This document shows positions 53,268-62,315 of a stretch of DNA of 64,000 nt, in pieces. The notes beneath the pieces were generated by a model, which was given only the letters and a program-made list of their open reading frames with translations, ran no database searches and was not told the DNA's origin. The position numbers and the translations under genes were made by a program. Within the stretch, counting starts at the first letter, position 1. Every line of letters begins with the position of its first letter. Source of the stretch: an uncultured delta proteobacterium (GTDB lineage Bacteria; Myxococcota_A; Polyangia; Polyangiales; Polyangiaceae); the NCBI GenBank assembly GCA_963839305.1, contig CAWIUL010000011.1, positions 2,377,561 through 2,441,560 on the forward strand, in the 5' to 3' direction.

Positions 53268-54080
53268 GTGACGGCGGGCGTTCGAATCCACTGGGAGTCG
53301 CGCGGCGAAGAGCGCGGGCCTGCGGTCGTCTTGGTGCAGGGCCTCGGCCTGTCGTCTCGCTTCTGGTTCGATCAACCCGAGCGCCTCTTGAAGGCGGGCG
53401 TTCGGCGCGTCATCACGCTCGACAACCGCGGCACGGGGCGGAGCGACAAGCCGCGACGCCCGTACCGTCTTCCGCAGATGGCCGATGACGTCGCGCGCGT
53501 GATCCGCGAGGCCGAGGCCGGACCCGCGATCGTGGTCGGCATTTCGATGGGCGGGATGATCGCGCAGCACACGGCGATGCGTCACCCGAAGGACGTGGGC
53601 GCGCTCGTGCTCCTCGCGACGACGCCGGGTCACCCGCACGGGAAGCTTCCCGCGCCGAGCACGCTCGGATGGCTCTTGCGCGCGCCGCTCCAGCGCCGCG
53701 ATCCCGACGCGGTGCGAAAGTTCAATCGCCTGCTCCTCCCCGAGCACGAGCTCGATCGCGCGCACGTCCACCTCGCACGCTGGCCCGAGGCGCTCGCGCA
53801 CGATCCGCTCTCGATGCAGACGTTCGCGCGGCACTTCTTCGCGGTCATGACGAACTGGACGGGCGCCGCGGTCGAGCGCATCGAGCAGCCCACGATCGTG
53901 GTGCACGGCGAGGACGACATCCTCGTTCCACCGGAGAACGGCGAGCGGCTCGCGAGGCTCATCCCGCACGCGGAGCTCGTGATGCTCCCGCGCGTCGCGC
54001 ACGCGGTCTCGCTGCTCGAGCCCGACGTCATCGTGCGCGCGATCGAGCGCCTCGGCGAGCGCGTGAAGGCGGTCGCGTGA
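53268..54080 (+). CDS. Alpha/beta hydrolase-fold protein
   Basis: GTG start, then 'PAVVLVQGLGLSSRFW', a nucleophile elbow 'GISMGGMIAQ' and '...VHGEDDILVP...HAV'. Confidence 0.7.
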   Translation: MTAGVRIHWESRGEERGPAVVLVQGLGLSSRFWFDQPERLLKAGVRRVITLDNRGTGRSDKPRRPYRLPQMADDVARVIREAEAGPAIVVGISMGGMIAQHTAMRHPKDVGALVLLATTPGHPHGKLPAPSTLGWLLRAPLQRRDPDAVRKFNRLLLPEHELDRAHVHLARWPEALAHDPLSMQTFARHFFAVMTNWTGAAVERIEQPTIVVHGEDDILVPPENGERLARLIPHAELVMLPRVAHAVSLLEPDVIVRAIERLGERVKAVA

Positions 54081-54547
54081 AGCTCGCGGCGCTCTTGCTC
54101 GCGTGCTCGGCGTGCACGATGGGACCGAAGCTCGTGAGCGTGCCGATGGCGACGTCCGCGACGATCGCGCCGCTCACGACGCTGCCGGGGCTCGAGTCTC
54201 CCGACGACGTCGAGGGCGCGACGCCCGAAGAGCTCACCGGGACGTGGACCGGGCGCGCCTACCAGACCGGCAACAAATCGTGGCCGGTCACGGTGACGTT
54301 CGAGAAGCGCGGGAGCGACGTCGTCGGTCACGCGCAGTACCAAGATCAGCGCTGCCGCGCGGACTGGACGCTCCGATCCGCGGAGCCGCACCGCTGGTCG
54401 GGCGAAGAGGACGTGAAGATCGACCCGTTCAGCCGATGCCCGAACCACGCGCGGATCACACTCGAAATCGAGGAGGACGAGATGACCTGGCGCTGGATTG
54501 GCTCGGGCGGGACCGCGCAAGCGACGCTCACGCGCGCGCAACCTTAG
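54077..54547 (+). CDS. Hypothetical lipoprotein
   Basis: The GTG start overlaps the upstream stop (GTGA). 'VKLAALLLACSACTMG' is a lipobox. The 156-aa protein has plausible composition. Confidence 0.5.
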   Translation: MKLAALLLACSACTMGPKLVSVPMATSATIAPLTTLPGLESPDDVEGATPEELTGTWTGRAYQTGNKSWPVTVTFEKRGSDVVGHAQYQDQRCRADWTLRSAEPHRWSGEEDVKIDPFSRCPNHARITLEIEEDEMTWRWIGSGGTAQATLTRAQP

Positions 54548-54570
54548 CCGCGCGCGGCCGATGGGGCCGT

Positions 54571-55170
54571 GTGCTGCTCTCCATCCTCGGACCGAATCGC
54601 TGCGCCGCGTGCGACGAGCCCGCGCGCGAAGACGCAGTCTTCTGCGCGGGCTGCGCGCTCGCGGTCGAACGCGTCGACGACGAGCGCGCGCCGTTCGCCT
54701 ACGGCGGCCCCATCGCCGCGGCGATCACGCGCTTCAAGTACCGGCCCGTTCCCGAGCTCGGGCGGCCACTCGGCGCGCTGCTCGCAAGCGAAGCCTCGAA
54801 GCGCCGCTTCGACGACGTCGATTGCGTGATCCCCGTTCCGCTCCACCCGACGCGCCTCTTCGAGCGCGGGTTCAATCAGGCGGTCCTCCTCGCGCGTCCC
54901 GTCGCACGAGCCCTCGGCGTTCCGCTCTTCGCGCGGGCGCTCGAGCGAACGCGCCCGACGGAGAAACAAGCCGAGCTCGACCGCACGGCGAGGCAGCTCA
55001 ACGTCGAAGGGGCATTTCGTGCGCGGCGCCCGAATCTCGGGCGCGTCTTGCTCGTCGACGACGTCCGCACGACCGGCGCGACGCAGAACGCCTGTGCCAT
55101 AACGCTACGTGCGGCGGGGTGCTCACACGTACGCTGTTGGGTGCTCGCGGTCGCCGGCGCTGTCACATAA
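54571..55170 (+). CDS. comF: ComF/GntX-family phosphoribosyltransferase-domain protein
   Basis: GTG start; an N-terminal zinc finger 'CAACDEP....CAGC'; a PRTase motif 'VLLVDDVRTTGAT'. Confidence 0.65.
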   Translation: MLLSILGPNRCAACDEPAREDAVFCAGCALAVERVDDERAPFAYGGPIAAAITRFKYRPVPELGRPLGALLASEASKRRFDDVDCVIPVPLHPTRLFERGFNQAVLLARPVARALGVPLFARALERTRPTEKQAELDRTARQLNVEGAFRARRPNLGRVLLVDDVRTTGATQNACAITLRAAGCSHVRCWVLAVAGAVT

Positions 55171-55223
55171 GGCGCGCGAGGCTTTCGCCAGGGTGATAGC
55201 CTTGAGTCCTCGAGTCGGCCGAC

Positions 55224-57863
55224 GTGAGCAACCTGACCGAATGGCGCTGGGCGGATCCCACCGGACAGCAACGTCTCGTCCGGGAAGACGAGCTGCGTGC
55301 TGCGCTTGCGAGCGGTGTCATCCCCTCGAACGCTCCCGTGTGGACGCGCGGGTGGACTGGTTGGAAGCCCGCGCACGACGTCCCCGAGCTCACGGGGAAA
55401 GCGACCACGAACGGCGTTTCAGGTGACGTTCCGCCGCCACCGAATTTCATCGTCGCCGCGCAGGCGGCCTTTGAAGGAAAGGCTCCCCCGCCGTCTGGTC
55501 CGGCGGAGCCGCCGCCCCCACCACGCTACGTCCCCACCGCAGCCAACACGCTGCCGCAGGTTCCGCTCGCTGCCGGGTCGGACACGAAGGTCGACGCGCC
55601 CGTCGTCATGAAGGTGGCTCCGCCCACGAAGACCATGCCGCTGGCGCCGAAGAAGAGCGCGCCGCCGCCCCTTCCCACGAGCGCGTCGAAACCCGCGCCG
55701 AAGAAGAGCATTCCGCCGCCGCTGCCTCCGGGAGCGCGCAGCAAGCCGAAGACCACGCCGCCGCCCGCGCCCGTCGCTCCCACGAAGACCGCGAAGACGG
55801 CGACCGCAGCCCTCGCGGCCTCCGCGCCGAAGCCCAAGACCGCCACACCGAGCAGCAATCTCCAGCAGCAGAGCATCTTCACCAAGACGCAACGTCCGCC
55901 TGCGGGCGTGGCGCCGCCGTCCGAGGCGCTCCCGGCTTCGGGCCCGGCCTCGAGCCGCATGACGCTGCAAATCGCGCCCGCGCCGCCGCCGATGCCCAAG
56001 CTCGATCCGATCCCGAGCGTGGTCGAGCCTCCGCCGAAGGAGCCGAGCAGCAAGTACCCGACGTTGATGATGTTCGGCGGCGACGGCGAGGACACGGCGC
56101 CGAGCGCGGCGACGGCCGCGAAGCCGAACGAAGAAGCTCCACCCATCGTGGTGCCGCCTCCCGAGCCGAGCGCCGTGACGAACGCCGTGACCCGTCCGCC
56201 GCCGTGGGGCGAAGGCGCGGTCGAGATGCAGACCATCCCGAAGTCGCCGCGGGTGCCGGGCGTCACGCAGCCCGAGCGCGCGTCGGAGGCTCCGCCGCGC
56301 CCGATGGAGCTGAGCTCTTCGGATCTCAGCTCGGAGGCGCGCATTCAGGTGGTGAAGGCGCCGCCGCTGGTGCCCGCCGAGCGACCGCACAAGACGATGG
56401 TCGGTATGGGTCCCGACGCGCTCGCCGAGAGTCGCGCGGCGCTCGAGCGCGTCGTGTCGCCTCCTCCGGCGCCATTGTCCGCGAGCGACGTGGCTTCGAC
56501 GACGAAATGGCCCGCGTCAGAAGCGGGCGAGCCGACCGAGCCCAAGCTCACGGCGCCGATCCCCGAGCCGAGCGGCGCAAAGCTCTACGACCTGCGCGAG
56601 CTCGCGCGCTCGCGCATGTCCGGCGTGAGCGCGGACGCGCAGCGCGTGTACGCGAATTTCCGCGAGCGCACGAAGGACAAACCGTGGGTGCTGGCCGCGA
56701 CCGGCGGCGGCGTCCTCTTGCTCTTCGTGCTCGTCGTCGCGATCGCCGTGAAGGCGATTTCTGGGCCGAGTAGCGTTTCTCCGACCGCCTCGAACTCGTC
56801 GAGCTCGTTCTTTCCGACCGCGCTCGCGGGAGGAACGACCACGGCGCCGACGCAGACGGCGAAGGGACCGCCGGCGCGTCCGATGGTTTGCTCCACGGCG
56901 GGCGCGGCGCGCATGGTCGCGCCCAAGGCGGTCGTCGCGAGCGGCGTCGAGGTCGTGTCGATGGGAAATCAGATCGCGCTCGGCTTCGCCGCGGCGCCGA
57001 AAGAGGCGACGCTCGAGCTCCTCGATGCGAATTCGCTCGCGTCCGCGAGCGCGCTCCACCTGCGCGCGAACGATCCCGTGCGCCGAGTCGTCGCGCTCGA
57101 CGCGACGAAGGCCGCGGTTGACGCGGATCACAAGGGCGACAAGCTCCAAGGGCGGCGCACGCTCCGCGGCGCGCAGGTGATCGACGTCGGCGCGTCCGAC
57201 GGCGGGCTCGCGTGGGCCCAGCACGGGAGCGACAAATCGATCAAGCTCTGGGCGCTCGCGAGCCCCGACGCGCCCATCGAAGCGCTACGCGGCGAGCCGC
57301 TCCACGACAACAAGGGTTGGGCGGTCGCGTTTCGTCACGCGGGCGCGATTTGGTTCGGCGCGTTTGGCGGGTCTCCGCCGGCGCCGCTCGCGGGGCTCGC
57401 GAAGATCGAGGGCCTCGGGCCGCAGATCGGCTCGCCCGCGCTCGCCGTGAGCGGCGATCGCGTGATGGTCGCGTGGGCCGATCGCGCAGCGACCACGGAT
57501 CCGTGGATGGTGCGCTACGCGATGTTCCATCCAGGCGACGAGTCGGCCGCGGCGAAGCCGTTCGCGCTTCCTCAAGGCGGCCTCGGCGAGCAAGCGATGT
57601 CGCCGAGCCTCGCGTCGCTCGGCGGAGGACGCTTTCTCCTCGTCTGGACCGAAGGTGCAGTCTCGAGCCACCAGGTTCGCGCGGTGGCGTTTGGAGAAAA
57701 CGGGGTCGTCGGCGACGCGTTCACTGCGTCGGCCGAGGGTGTCAACGCAGGACAGGGACAAGCCGCGGTCCTCGAGGGCGGGCGCGGCGTGATCGCATTC
57801 TTGGCGGGCAGCGGAAAGAGCTTCGAGATCGCCGCGACCCCCATTCAGTGCGTGGAGAAATAA
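55224..57863 (+). CDS. Bitopic membrane protein: N-terminal DUF4339 (GYF-like) domain, about 400 aa of Pro/Ala/Lys-rich disordered region, one TM helix and a C-terminal extracytoplasmic domain of about 360 aa
   Basis: The 879-aa intact ORF begins 'WRWADPTGQQRLVREDELRAALASGVIPSNAPVWTRGWTGWKPAHDVPEL', which fits the DUF4339 pattern. The TM helix is 'WVLAATGGGVLLLFVLVVAIAV'. Confidence 0.6.
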   Translation: MSNLTEWRWADPTGQQRLVREDELRAALASGVIPSNAPVWTRGWTGWKPAHDVPELTGKATTNGVSGDVPPPPNFIVAAQAAFEGKAPPPSGPAEPPPPPRYVPTAANTLPQVPLAAGSDTKVDAPVVMKVAPPTKTMPLAPKKSAPPPLPTSASKPAPKKSIPPPLPPGARSKPKTTPPPAPVAPTKTAKTATAALAASAPKPKTATPSSNLQQQSIFTKTQRPPAGVAPPSEALPASGPASSRMTLQIAPAPPPMPKLDPIPSVVEPPPKEPSSKYPTLMMFGGDGEDTAPSAATAAKPNEEAPPIVVPPPEPSAVTNAVTRPPPWGEGAVEMQTIPKSPRVPGVTQPERASEAPPRPMELSSSDLSSEARIQVVKAPPLVPAERPHKTMVGMGPDALAESRAALERVVSPPPAPLSASDVASTTKWPASEAGEPTEPKLTAPIPEPSGAKLYDLRELARSRMSGVSADAQRVYANFRERTKDKPWVLAATGGGVLLLFVLVVAIAVKAISGPSSVSPTASNSSSSFFPTALAGGTTTAPTQTAKGPPARPMVCSTAGAARMVAPKAVVASGVEVVSMGNQIALGFAAAPKEATLELLDANSLASASALHLRANDPVRRVVALDATKAAVDADHKGDKLQGRRTLRGAQVIDVGASDGGLAWAQHGSDKSIKLWALASPDAPIEALRGEPLHDNKGWAVAFRHAGAIWFGAFGGSPPAPLAGLAKIEGLGPQIGSPALAVSGDRVMVAWADRAATTDPWMVRYAMFHPGDESAAAKPFALPQGGLGEQAMSPSLASLGGGRFLLVWTEGAVSSHQVRAVAFGENGVVGDAFTASAEGVNAGQGQAAVLEGGRGVIAFLAGSGKSFEIAATPIQCVEK

Positions 57864-58718
57864 ATGCAAACTGCACGGAATTGGCTTGCCGCCTTTTGTG
57901 TGCTCGTCGTCGCGACGAGCTGCGCGCTCTTCGAGCCGCAATCCAGGATCAAGTCGGGGCAACTCTTCCAGACTGGCCAGACGCAATACGACGACTACTT
58001 CACCAAGGTGCACGCGCTCCAGGTCGAGGCGGCAGGGTGGCCGGACGACAAGAAGGCCGCGCGACGGAACCTCATCGACGCGCTGAAGATCGCGACGGAC
58101 GCGGTCGACGTGACGATCCTCCAATCCGCGCACGAGCGCATGGTCTCGATCGCCCACGTCGTCGGTCCGACGCGGCTCGATCTGCGCGAGGACGACGGCA
58201 AGGTCGTGCTCGCCTCCGAAGCGCGCGCCGACGCCTCGATGAAGGATTTCGTGAAGGCGCTCCAATCCACGCTCGACGGCGAGATGAAGCGCAAGCGCGC
58301 GCTGCGTGACGTCCCGCAGCGTTGCGACGAGCTCGCGAAGGCCGGGCGAGAGCTCGAGCCGCGCGTGAAGGCGGACTTCTTCCGCGAGGGCGGCACGAAG
58401 ATGGCCGACGTGCACGACGAGATCGCGGCGTCGTTCGACGTCCTCGAGCAAATCTCGAAGACGTCACGCCTCGAGCGACGCGAGACCGAGGACTTCATCG
58501 CCGACCTCGGGCGCGCGGTGCTCGCCGAGCCCGCCGAGTACAACCGCGGCGAAGGCGCGCCGCCTCCTCCGACCGTGAAGCCGCCGCCGGCGCAGACTTC
58601 GCATCCCAAGCCGCCGCCGATCGCCGCGAACACCAACGCGGCGCCAGTCGTGAAGCCCAAGCCGCCGCCCGCAAAGCCTGCGGGAGGTGGGGGAGGCGAC
58701 GAGGTGTTCAATCCGTAG
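57864..58718 (+). CDS. Hypothetical lipoprotein with a Pro-rich C-terminal tail
   Basis: The ATG overlaps the upstream stop (TAAATG). 'LVVATSCALF' is a lipobox. The 284-aa protein ends 'PPPPTVKPPPAQTSHPKPPPIA...'. Confidence 0.55.
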   Translation: MQTARNWLAAFCVLVVATSCALFEPQSRIKSGQLFQTGQTQYDDYFTKVHALQVEAAGWPDDKKAARRNLIDALKIATDAVDVTILQSAHERMVSIAHVVGPTRLDLREDDGKVVLASEARADASMKDFVKALQSTLDGEMKRKRALRDVPQRCDELAKAGRELEPRVKADFFREGGTKMADVHDEIAASFDVLEQISKTSRLERRETEDFIADLGRAVLAEPAEYNRGEGAPPPPTVKPPPAQTSHPKPPPIAANTNAAPVVKPKPPPAKPAGGGGGDEVFNP

Positions 58719-58721
58719 TAT

Positions 58722-59978
58722 GTGCGCCGGGGGTTTCAAATGAAGCGCGTTCTCTTTCTTGGTCTTCCGCTCTTGGTCTTGGCCCGCTGCAGCGGCAGCG
58801 ATCCAGGCCTCTTCGACGCCGGTGGGGACGGCTCGTCGAACACCGACGTCACCGTCGGCGACGTGACCACGCCTTGTCAGACCGGTCAGGCGCGCTGCAA
58901 CGGGACGTGCATCGACACGACGAGCGACCCGAAGAATTGCGGCGGATGCGGCGTCGCGTGCTCGGGCATGGAGGTCTGCACGGCCAGCGCCTGCGTCGGC
59001 TGCGACAAGGTCGACAACGACAAGGACGGATACAACGCCTGCGTCGACTGCAACGACAACGACCCGAACGTGAATCCGGGCGCGTTCGACGTCCCCGGCA
59101 ACAACGTGGACGACGACTGCAACGGCAAGGTCGACGACGTCATCGCGTGCGACGCGAACATCCAGAGCAACACGACGAACGCGGTCGATTTCGCGCACGC
59201 GATGGAGATGTGCGATCCGTGGGTCGTCACGGCGACGTTCCCGACGGTCGCGGACGACAAGGCGCACCAGGTCGCACCCGATTGGGGCGCGTTCAAGACG
59301 CAAGCGGGCACCAGCATGGCCGCGCTCTCGAACGGCATCGCCGCCGACGAGAACGACACCGGGTACGTCGCGCCGCAGACCGGCACGAGCTTCGGAAAGA
59401 TGGGGACCGCGTACCCGCTCACGCCGACGCAGTTCACGTGCGGCAACGGGACGATGAACGATCCCTCGACGGTCAACGACCTCACCGAGCTCACGATCTC
59501 GCTGAAGGTCCCGACGAACGCCAACTCCTTCCAGATCGACGTGAACTACCTCACGACCGACGCGCCCGAGTGGCTCTGCACGCAGTACGACGATCAAGCG
59601 CTCCTGCTGCTCGAGTCGAAGTCGCTCACGGGCGACATCCTCGTCGACACGACGGGACGCCACATGTCCGTCAACAGCCCCTACCTCGTGCTCAACGACG
59701 CGACGAGCCTCGCGGGCACCGGCATGGAGCTCCCCGCGCAGACCAATCAGCTCGCCGGCGGCGCGACGGGTTGGATGACGGTCACCGCGCCCGCGACGCC
59801 GGGCGACACCATCAAGCTCCGCTTCATCATCTTCGACACGAGCGACGCGATCTTCGACTCGCAGCTCCTCGCCGACCACTTCCGCTGGTCGACCACGAAG
59901 GTCTGCGGCTCGACGACGGTCGATCCGCTGTACGACGGCGGCGCGCCCGACGGCAGCAAGTCCGACGGCGGCTGCTGA
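58722..59978 (+). CDS. Cys-rich secreted lipoprotein with a MopE-like putative metal-binding motif
   Basis: The 418-aa protein has a signal 'LLVLARCSGS'. 'CQTGQARCNGTCIDTTSDPKNCGGCGVACSGMEVCTASACVGC' and 'DNDKDGYNACVDCNDNDPNVNPGAFDVPGNNVDDDCNGKVDD' fit the DxDxDG...DC.D...PGA.E.C.G.D.DC pattern. Confidence 0.6.
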   Translation: MRRGFQMKRVLFLGLPLLVLARCSGSDPGLFDAGGDGSSNTDVTVGDVTTPCQTGQARCNGTCIDTTSDPKNCGGCGVACSGMEVCTASACVGCDKVDNDKDGYNACVDCNDNDPNVNPGAFDVPGNNVDDDCNGKVDDVIACDANIQSNTTNAVDFAHAMEMCDPWVVTATFPTVADDKAHQVAPDWGAFKTQAGTSMAALSNGIAADENDTGYVAPQTGTSFGKMGTAYPLTPTQFTCGNGTMNDPSTVNDLTELTISLKVPTNANSFQIDVNYLTTDAPEWLCTQYDDQALLLLESKSLTGDILVDTTGRHMSVNSPYLVLNDATSLAGTGMELPAQTNQLAGGATGWMTVTAPATPGDTIKLRFIIFDTSDAIFDSQLLADHFRWSTTKVCGSTTVDPLYDGGAPDGSKSDGGC

Positions 59979-60019
59979 CTACACACTTGCCGCGTGTCGA
60001 CGACAACCGCTCCTAACTA

Positions 60020-60905
60020 GAACGCATTTCATAACCTCCTCAGAAGAAGCACGACACAGCGGAGCTTGATGAAGGCGAGGAAGTTCTTCGCCTTGTGCTC
60101 GAAGCGCGTGATGAGACGCCGTGAGCATTGGAGCCACGCGAAGAGTCGCTCGACGTGCCAGCGCCGCTTGTAGCGGCGAAGTTGGCGTCCGTCCTGCGTT
60201 TGGCTTTTGTGCGTCGGATGGTGCGGAGCGATCATCTCCACGCCCATCTTCTTCAGCTCGGCATCGAGCTTATTGCTGTCGTACGCGCGGTCACCAATCA
60301 GTCGTTGGGGGAGCTTTTTCTTGAGGAAGCTGGCGTTGAGTGTTTCGACGACGAGCTGCGTTTCATGGCGCTGACCACTCGCAATCCCGACGGCGATAGG
60401 AAGACCATGGCGGTCTGCCACTGCCATGATCTTGGTCGCTTTGCCGCGTCGAGTTTTCCCAACCAGAAGACCCCTTTTTTTGCGCCGGCATGACTGCCGT
60501 CGATGAATGCTTCCGTGAGATCGACCTTCCCGCGCTCATGAAGATCGCGCGCCAGCGCTGCGAGTATTCGATCGAGCACGCCCTCGCTCTCCCATTTCTG
60601 AAAGCGACGAAAGCACGTCGCATACGGTGGAAAGCGACCAGGCATGTCTGCCCACGGAGCTCCAGTGCGCAGCACCCAAAGAATGCCGTGCAAGACGTCG
60701 CGGGGATCGCGCCACGGCCGACCGCCTTTCGCCGTCGTGCGCCGTCGTTCCGGCCCTGGAACGAACCGCTTGATCGCTTCCCACTGCTCGTCCTTCAGGT
60801 CCATCGACGAAGGTACAAACACCTTTTTCGTCCGATGGAAATAGCGTCGCGAAAGATGGAGCGATGTCGATCACTTGCGCGCGCGACGGGTTATGAAATG
60901 CGTTC
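60020..60905 (-). mobile_element. IS5-family (IS427/IS1031 group) insertion sequence, 886 bp, with 17-bp perfect terminal inverted repeats and a TA target duplication inside CTAG; GC about 58%, against about 70% for the host
   Basis: The left end is 'GAACGCATTTCATAACC' (60020..60036). The right end is 'GGTTATGAAATGCGTTC' (60889..60905). The flanks reconstruct to ...aaC-TA-Gttcc (CTAG target, TA duplicated at 60018-19 and 60906-07). Confidence 0.85.
60029..60822 (-). CDS. IS5-family transposase OrfAB produced by a programmed -1 frameshift (orfA 60822..~60475 with a DUF4096-like N-terminus; orfB ..60029 with a DDE domain)
   Basis: orfA reads 'MDLKDEQWEAIKRFVPGP..GGRPWRDPRDVLHGILWVLRTGAPWADMPGRFPPYATCFRRFQKWESEGV'. 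The slippery run A7G (plus-strand T7 at 60475..60481) leads into orfB 'KKRGLLVGKTRRGKATKIMAVADRHGLPIAVGIASGQRHE...IGDRAYDS...RRWHVERLFAWLQ'. Confidence 0.8.
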
Positions 60906-62209
60906 TAGTTCCGCGCGTACTTCTCGGACGGGTACTTCGTCGCGGCCTGATCGAGGTGCGTCGCGACCATGTCGGCCGTGATCGTGATCGGGAGGAGATC
61001 GCGCGATCCGTCCGGGTACATGATCACGTACGCGGGGATGCCGTTGCGCTTGTCCTTCTCGAGGATCTTGTCGAGGAGCGCAGAGAGCTCTTCGTTCTCG
61101 TTGGTCATGTCGGCGCGCATCGGCAGGATGTTCGTCTTCACGAGCTTGCCGCGGACCGTGTCGGTCTCGAGGAACGCGTGCTCGTTCGCTTTGCACGACG
61201 CGCACCACTCGGCGGTGAAGTCGAGGAAGACGGGGCGCCCGCGCTTGTTCTCGGTCTCGATGCGCTTGCCGTCGTAGGGCGTCCACGCGATGTGGTTGTC
61301 GACGACGACGGGCGGATCGTTCGCGCCGGGCGTGACCGCGACGAGCGGGTCGGCCGCGATCGCCGCGGCAGGCTTCACGAACGAGATCGACATGTACCCC
61401 GCGAGCACCACGCCGCCGATCTGCACGCCGCGCACGATCCACCTGCGCGACGGCTCGGCCGCGACGCCGCCGTAGCGGTTGCCGAACCAGAGCGCGACGG
61501 CGAGGACGAGCAAGAAGATGAGGAACGAGTTCGACGACGCGGGTGTCACCTGCACCTGGAGCGTGCGGTAAAGCCAGATCGCCGTGCCGAAGAGCGCGAA
61601 GCCCATGACCGTCTTCACCGTCTCCATCCATCGGCCCGGGCGCGGGAGCACCCTCGAGAAGCCGGGGATGAGCGTGATCGCGAGGTACGGGAGCGCGAGG
61701 CCGAGGCCGATCATCGCGAAGACGAGGATGACCTGATACGCGGGGACCTCCGCGCCGAGCACGAAGGCGACCGCGGTGCCGAGGAAGGGCGCGGAGCAAG
61801 GCGTCGACATGAGCGCCGCGAAGAGGCCGTTGACGAACGAGCCGACGAACTTGTCGTCGTCGCCGCCCTCGGCGCCCGACGACATCGTGATCTCGAAGAC
61901 GCCGACCGCGTTCAGCGCGAACGCGAAGACGATCGCCGTCATCGTCGCGACGAACGCGGGGTGTTGGAACTGCATGCCCCAACCGAGGCGGTGACCCGAG
62001 GCCTTGACCACGACGACGAGGATCGCGAGCGCGACGAACAGGCTCATCGTGCCGAGCGTGTAGGCAAACCCATGCATCCTGCGCTTGTGGGCGTCGTGGC
62101 GCGCGTGATCGACGACGCTCATCGCCTTGAGCGCGAGCACCGGCAAGACGCACGGCATGACGTTCAGAATGAGACCCCCCAACAAGGCGAGAGCAAGAGT
62201 CGCGAGCAT
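60905..62209 (-). CDS. dsbD: DsbD/CcdA-family thiol:disulfide interchange protein (TM core plus a C-terminal thioredoxin domain; no N-terminal DsbD-alpha domain)
   Basis: The 434-aa intact ORF has 'MLATLALALLGGLILNVMPCVLPVL', a second Cys in 'STPCSAPFLG' and a thioredoxin domain 'FLDFTAEWCASCKANE'. Its TAG stop is the CTAG into which the IS inserted. Confidence 0.75.
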   Translation of the reverse strand: MLATLALALLGGLILNVMPCVLPVLALKAMSVVDHARHDAHKRRMHGFAYTLGTMSLFVALAILVVVVKASGHRLGWGMQFQHPAFVATMTAIVFAFALNAVGVFEITMSSGAEGGDDDKFVGSFVNGLFAALMSTPCSAPFLGTAVAFVLGAEVPAYQVILVFAMIGLGLALPYLAITLIPGFSRVLPRPGRWMETVKTVMGFALFGTAIWLYRTLQVQVTPASSNSFLIFLLVLAVALWFGNRYGGVAAEPSRRWIVRGVQIGGVVLAGYMSISFVKPAAAIAADPLVAVTPGANDPPVVVDNHIAWTPYDGKRIETENKRGRPVFLDFTAEWCASCKANEHAFLETDTVRGKLVKTNILPMRADMTNENEELSALLDKILEKDKRNGIPAYVIMYPDGSRDLLPITITADMVATHLDQAATKYPSEKYARN

Positions 62210-62315
62210 CGGTACCTCTACAGCTGAATGTGCAAGGCCGGTGCCTTGCGATCACGCAAACTCTAACATGTGAAAAGAGACAGGAAAGCCGAGGTGGGCG
62301 AGATTTGATCCTGGA

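Noticed and set aside
53271-53290. tRNA T-loop-like 'GTTCGAATCC'
   Set aside because: It lies inside the alpha/beta hydrolase CDS. The flanking bases cannot form a T-stem (gggcg / ccact) and there is no acceptor or anticodon arm.
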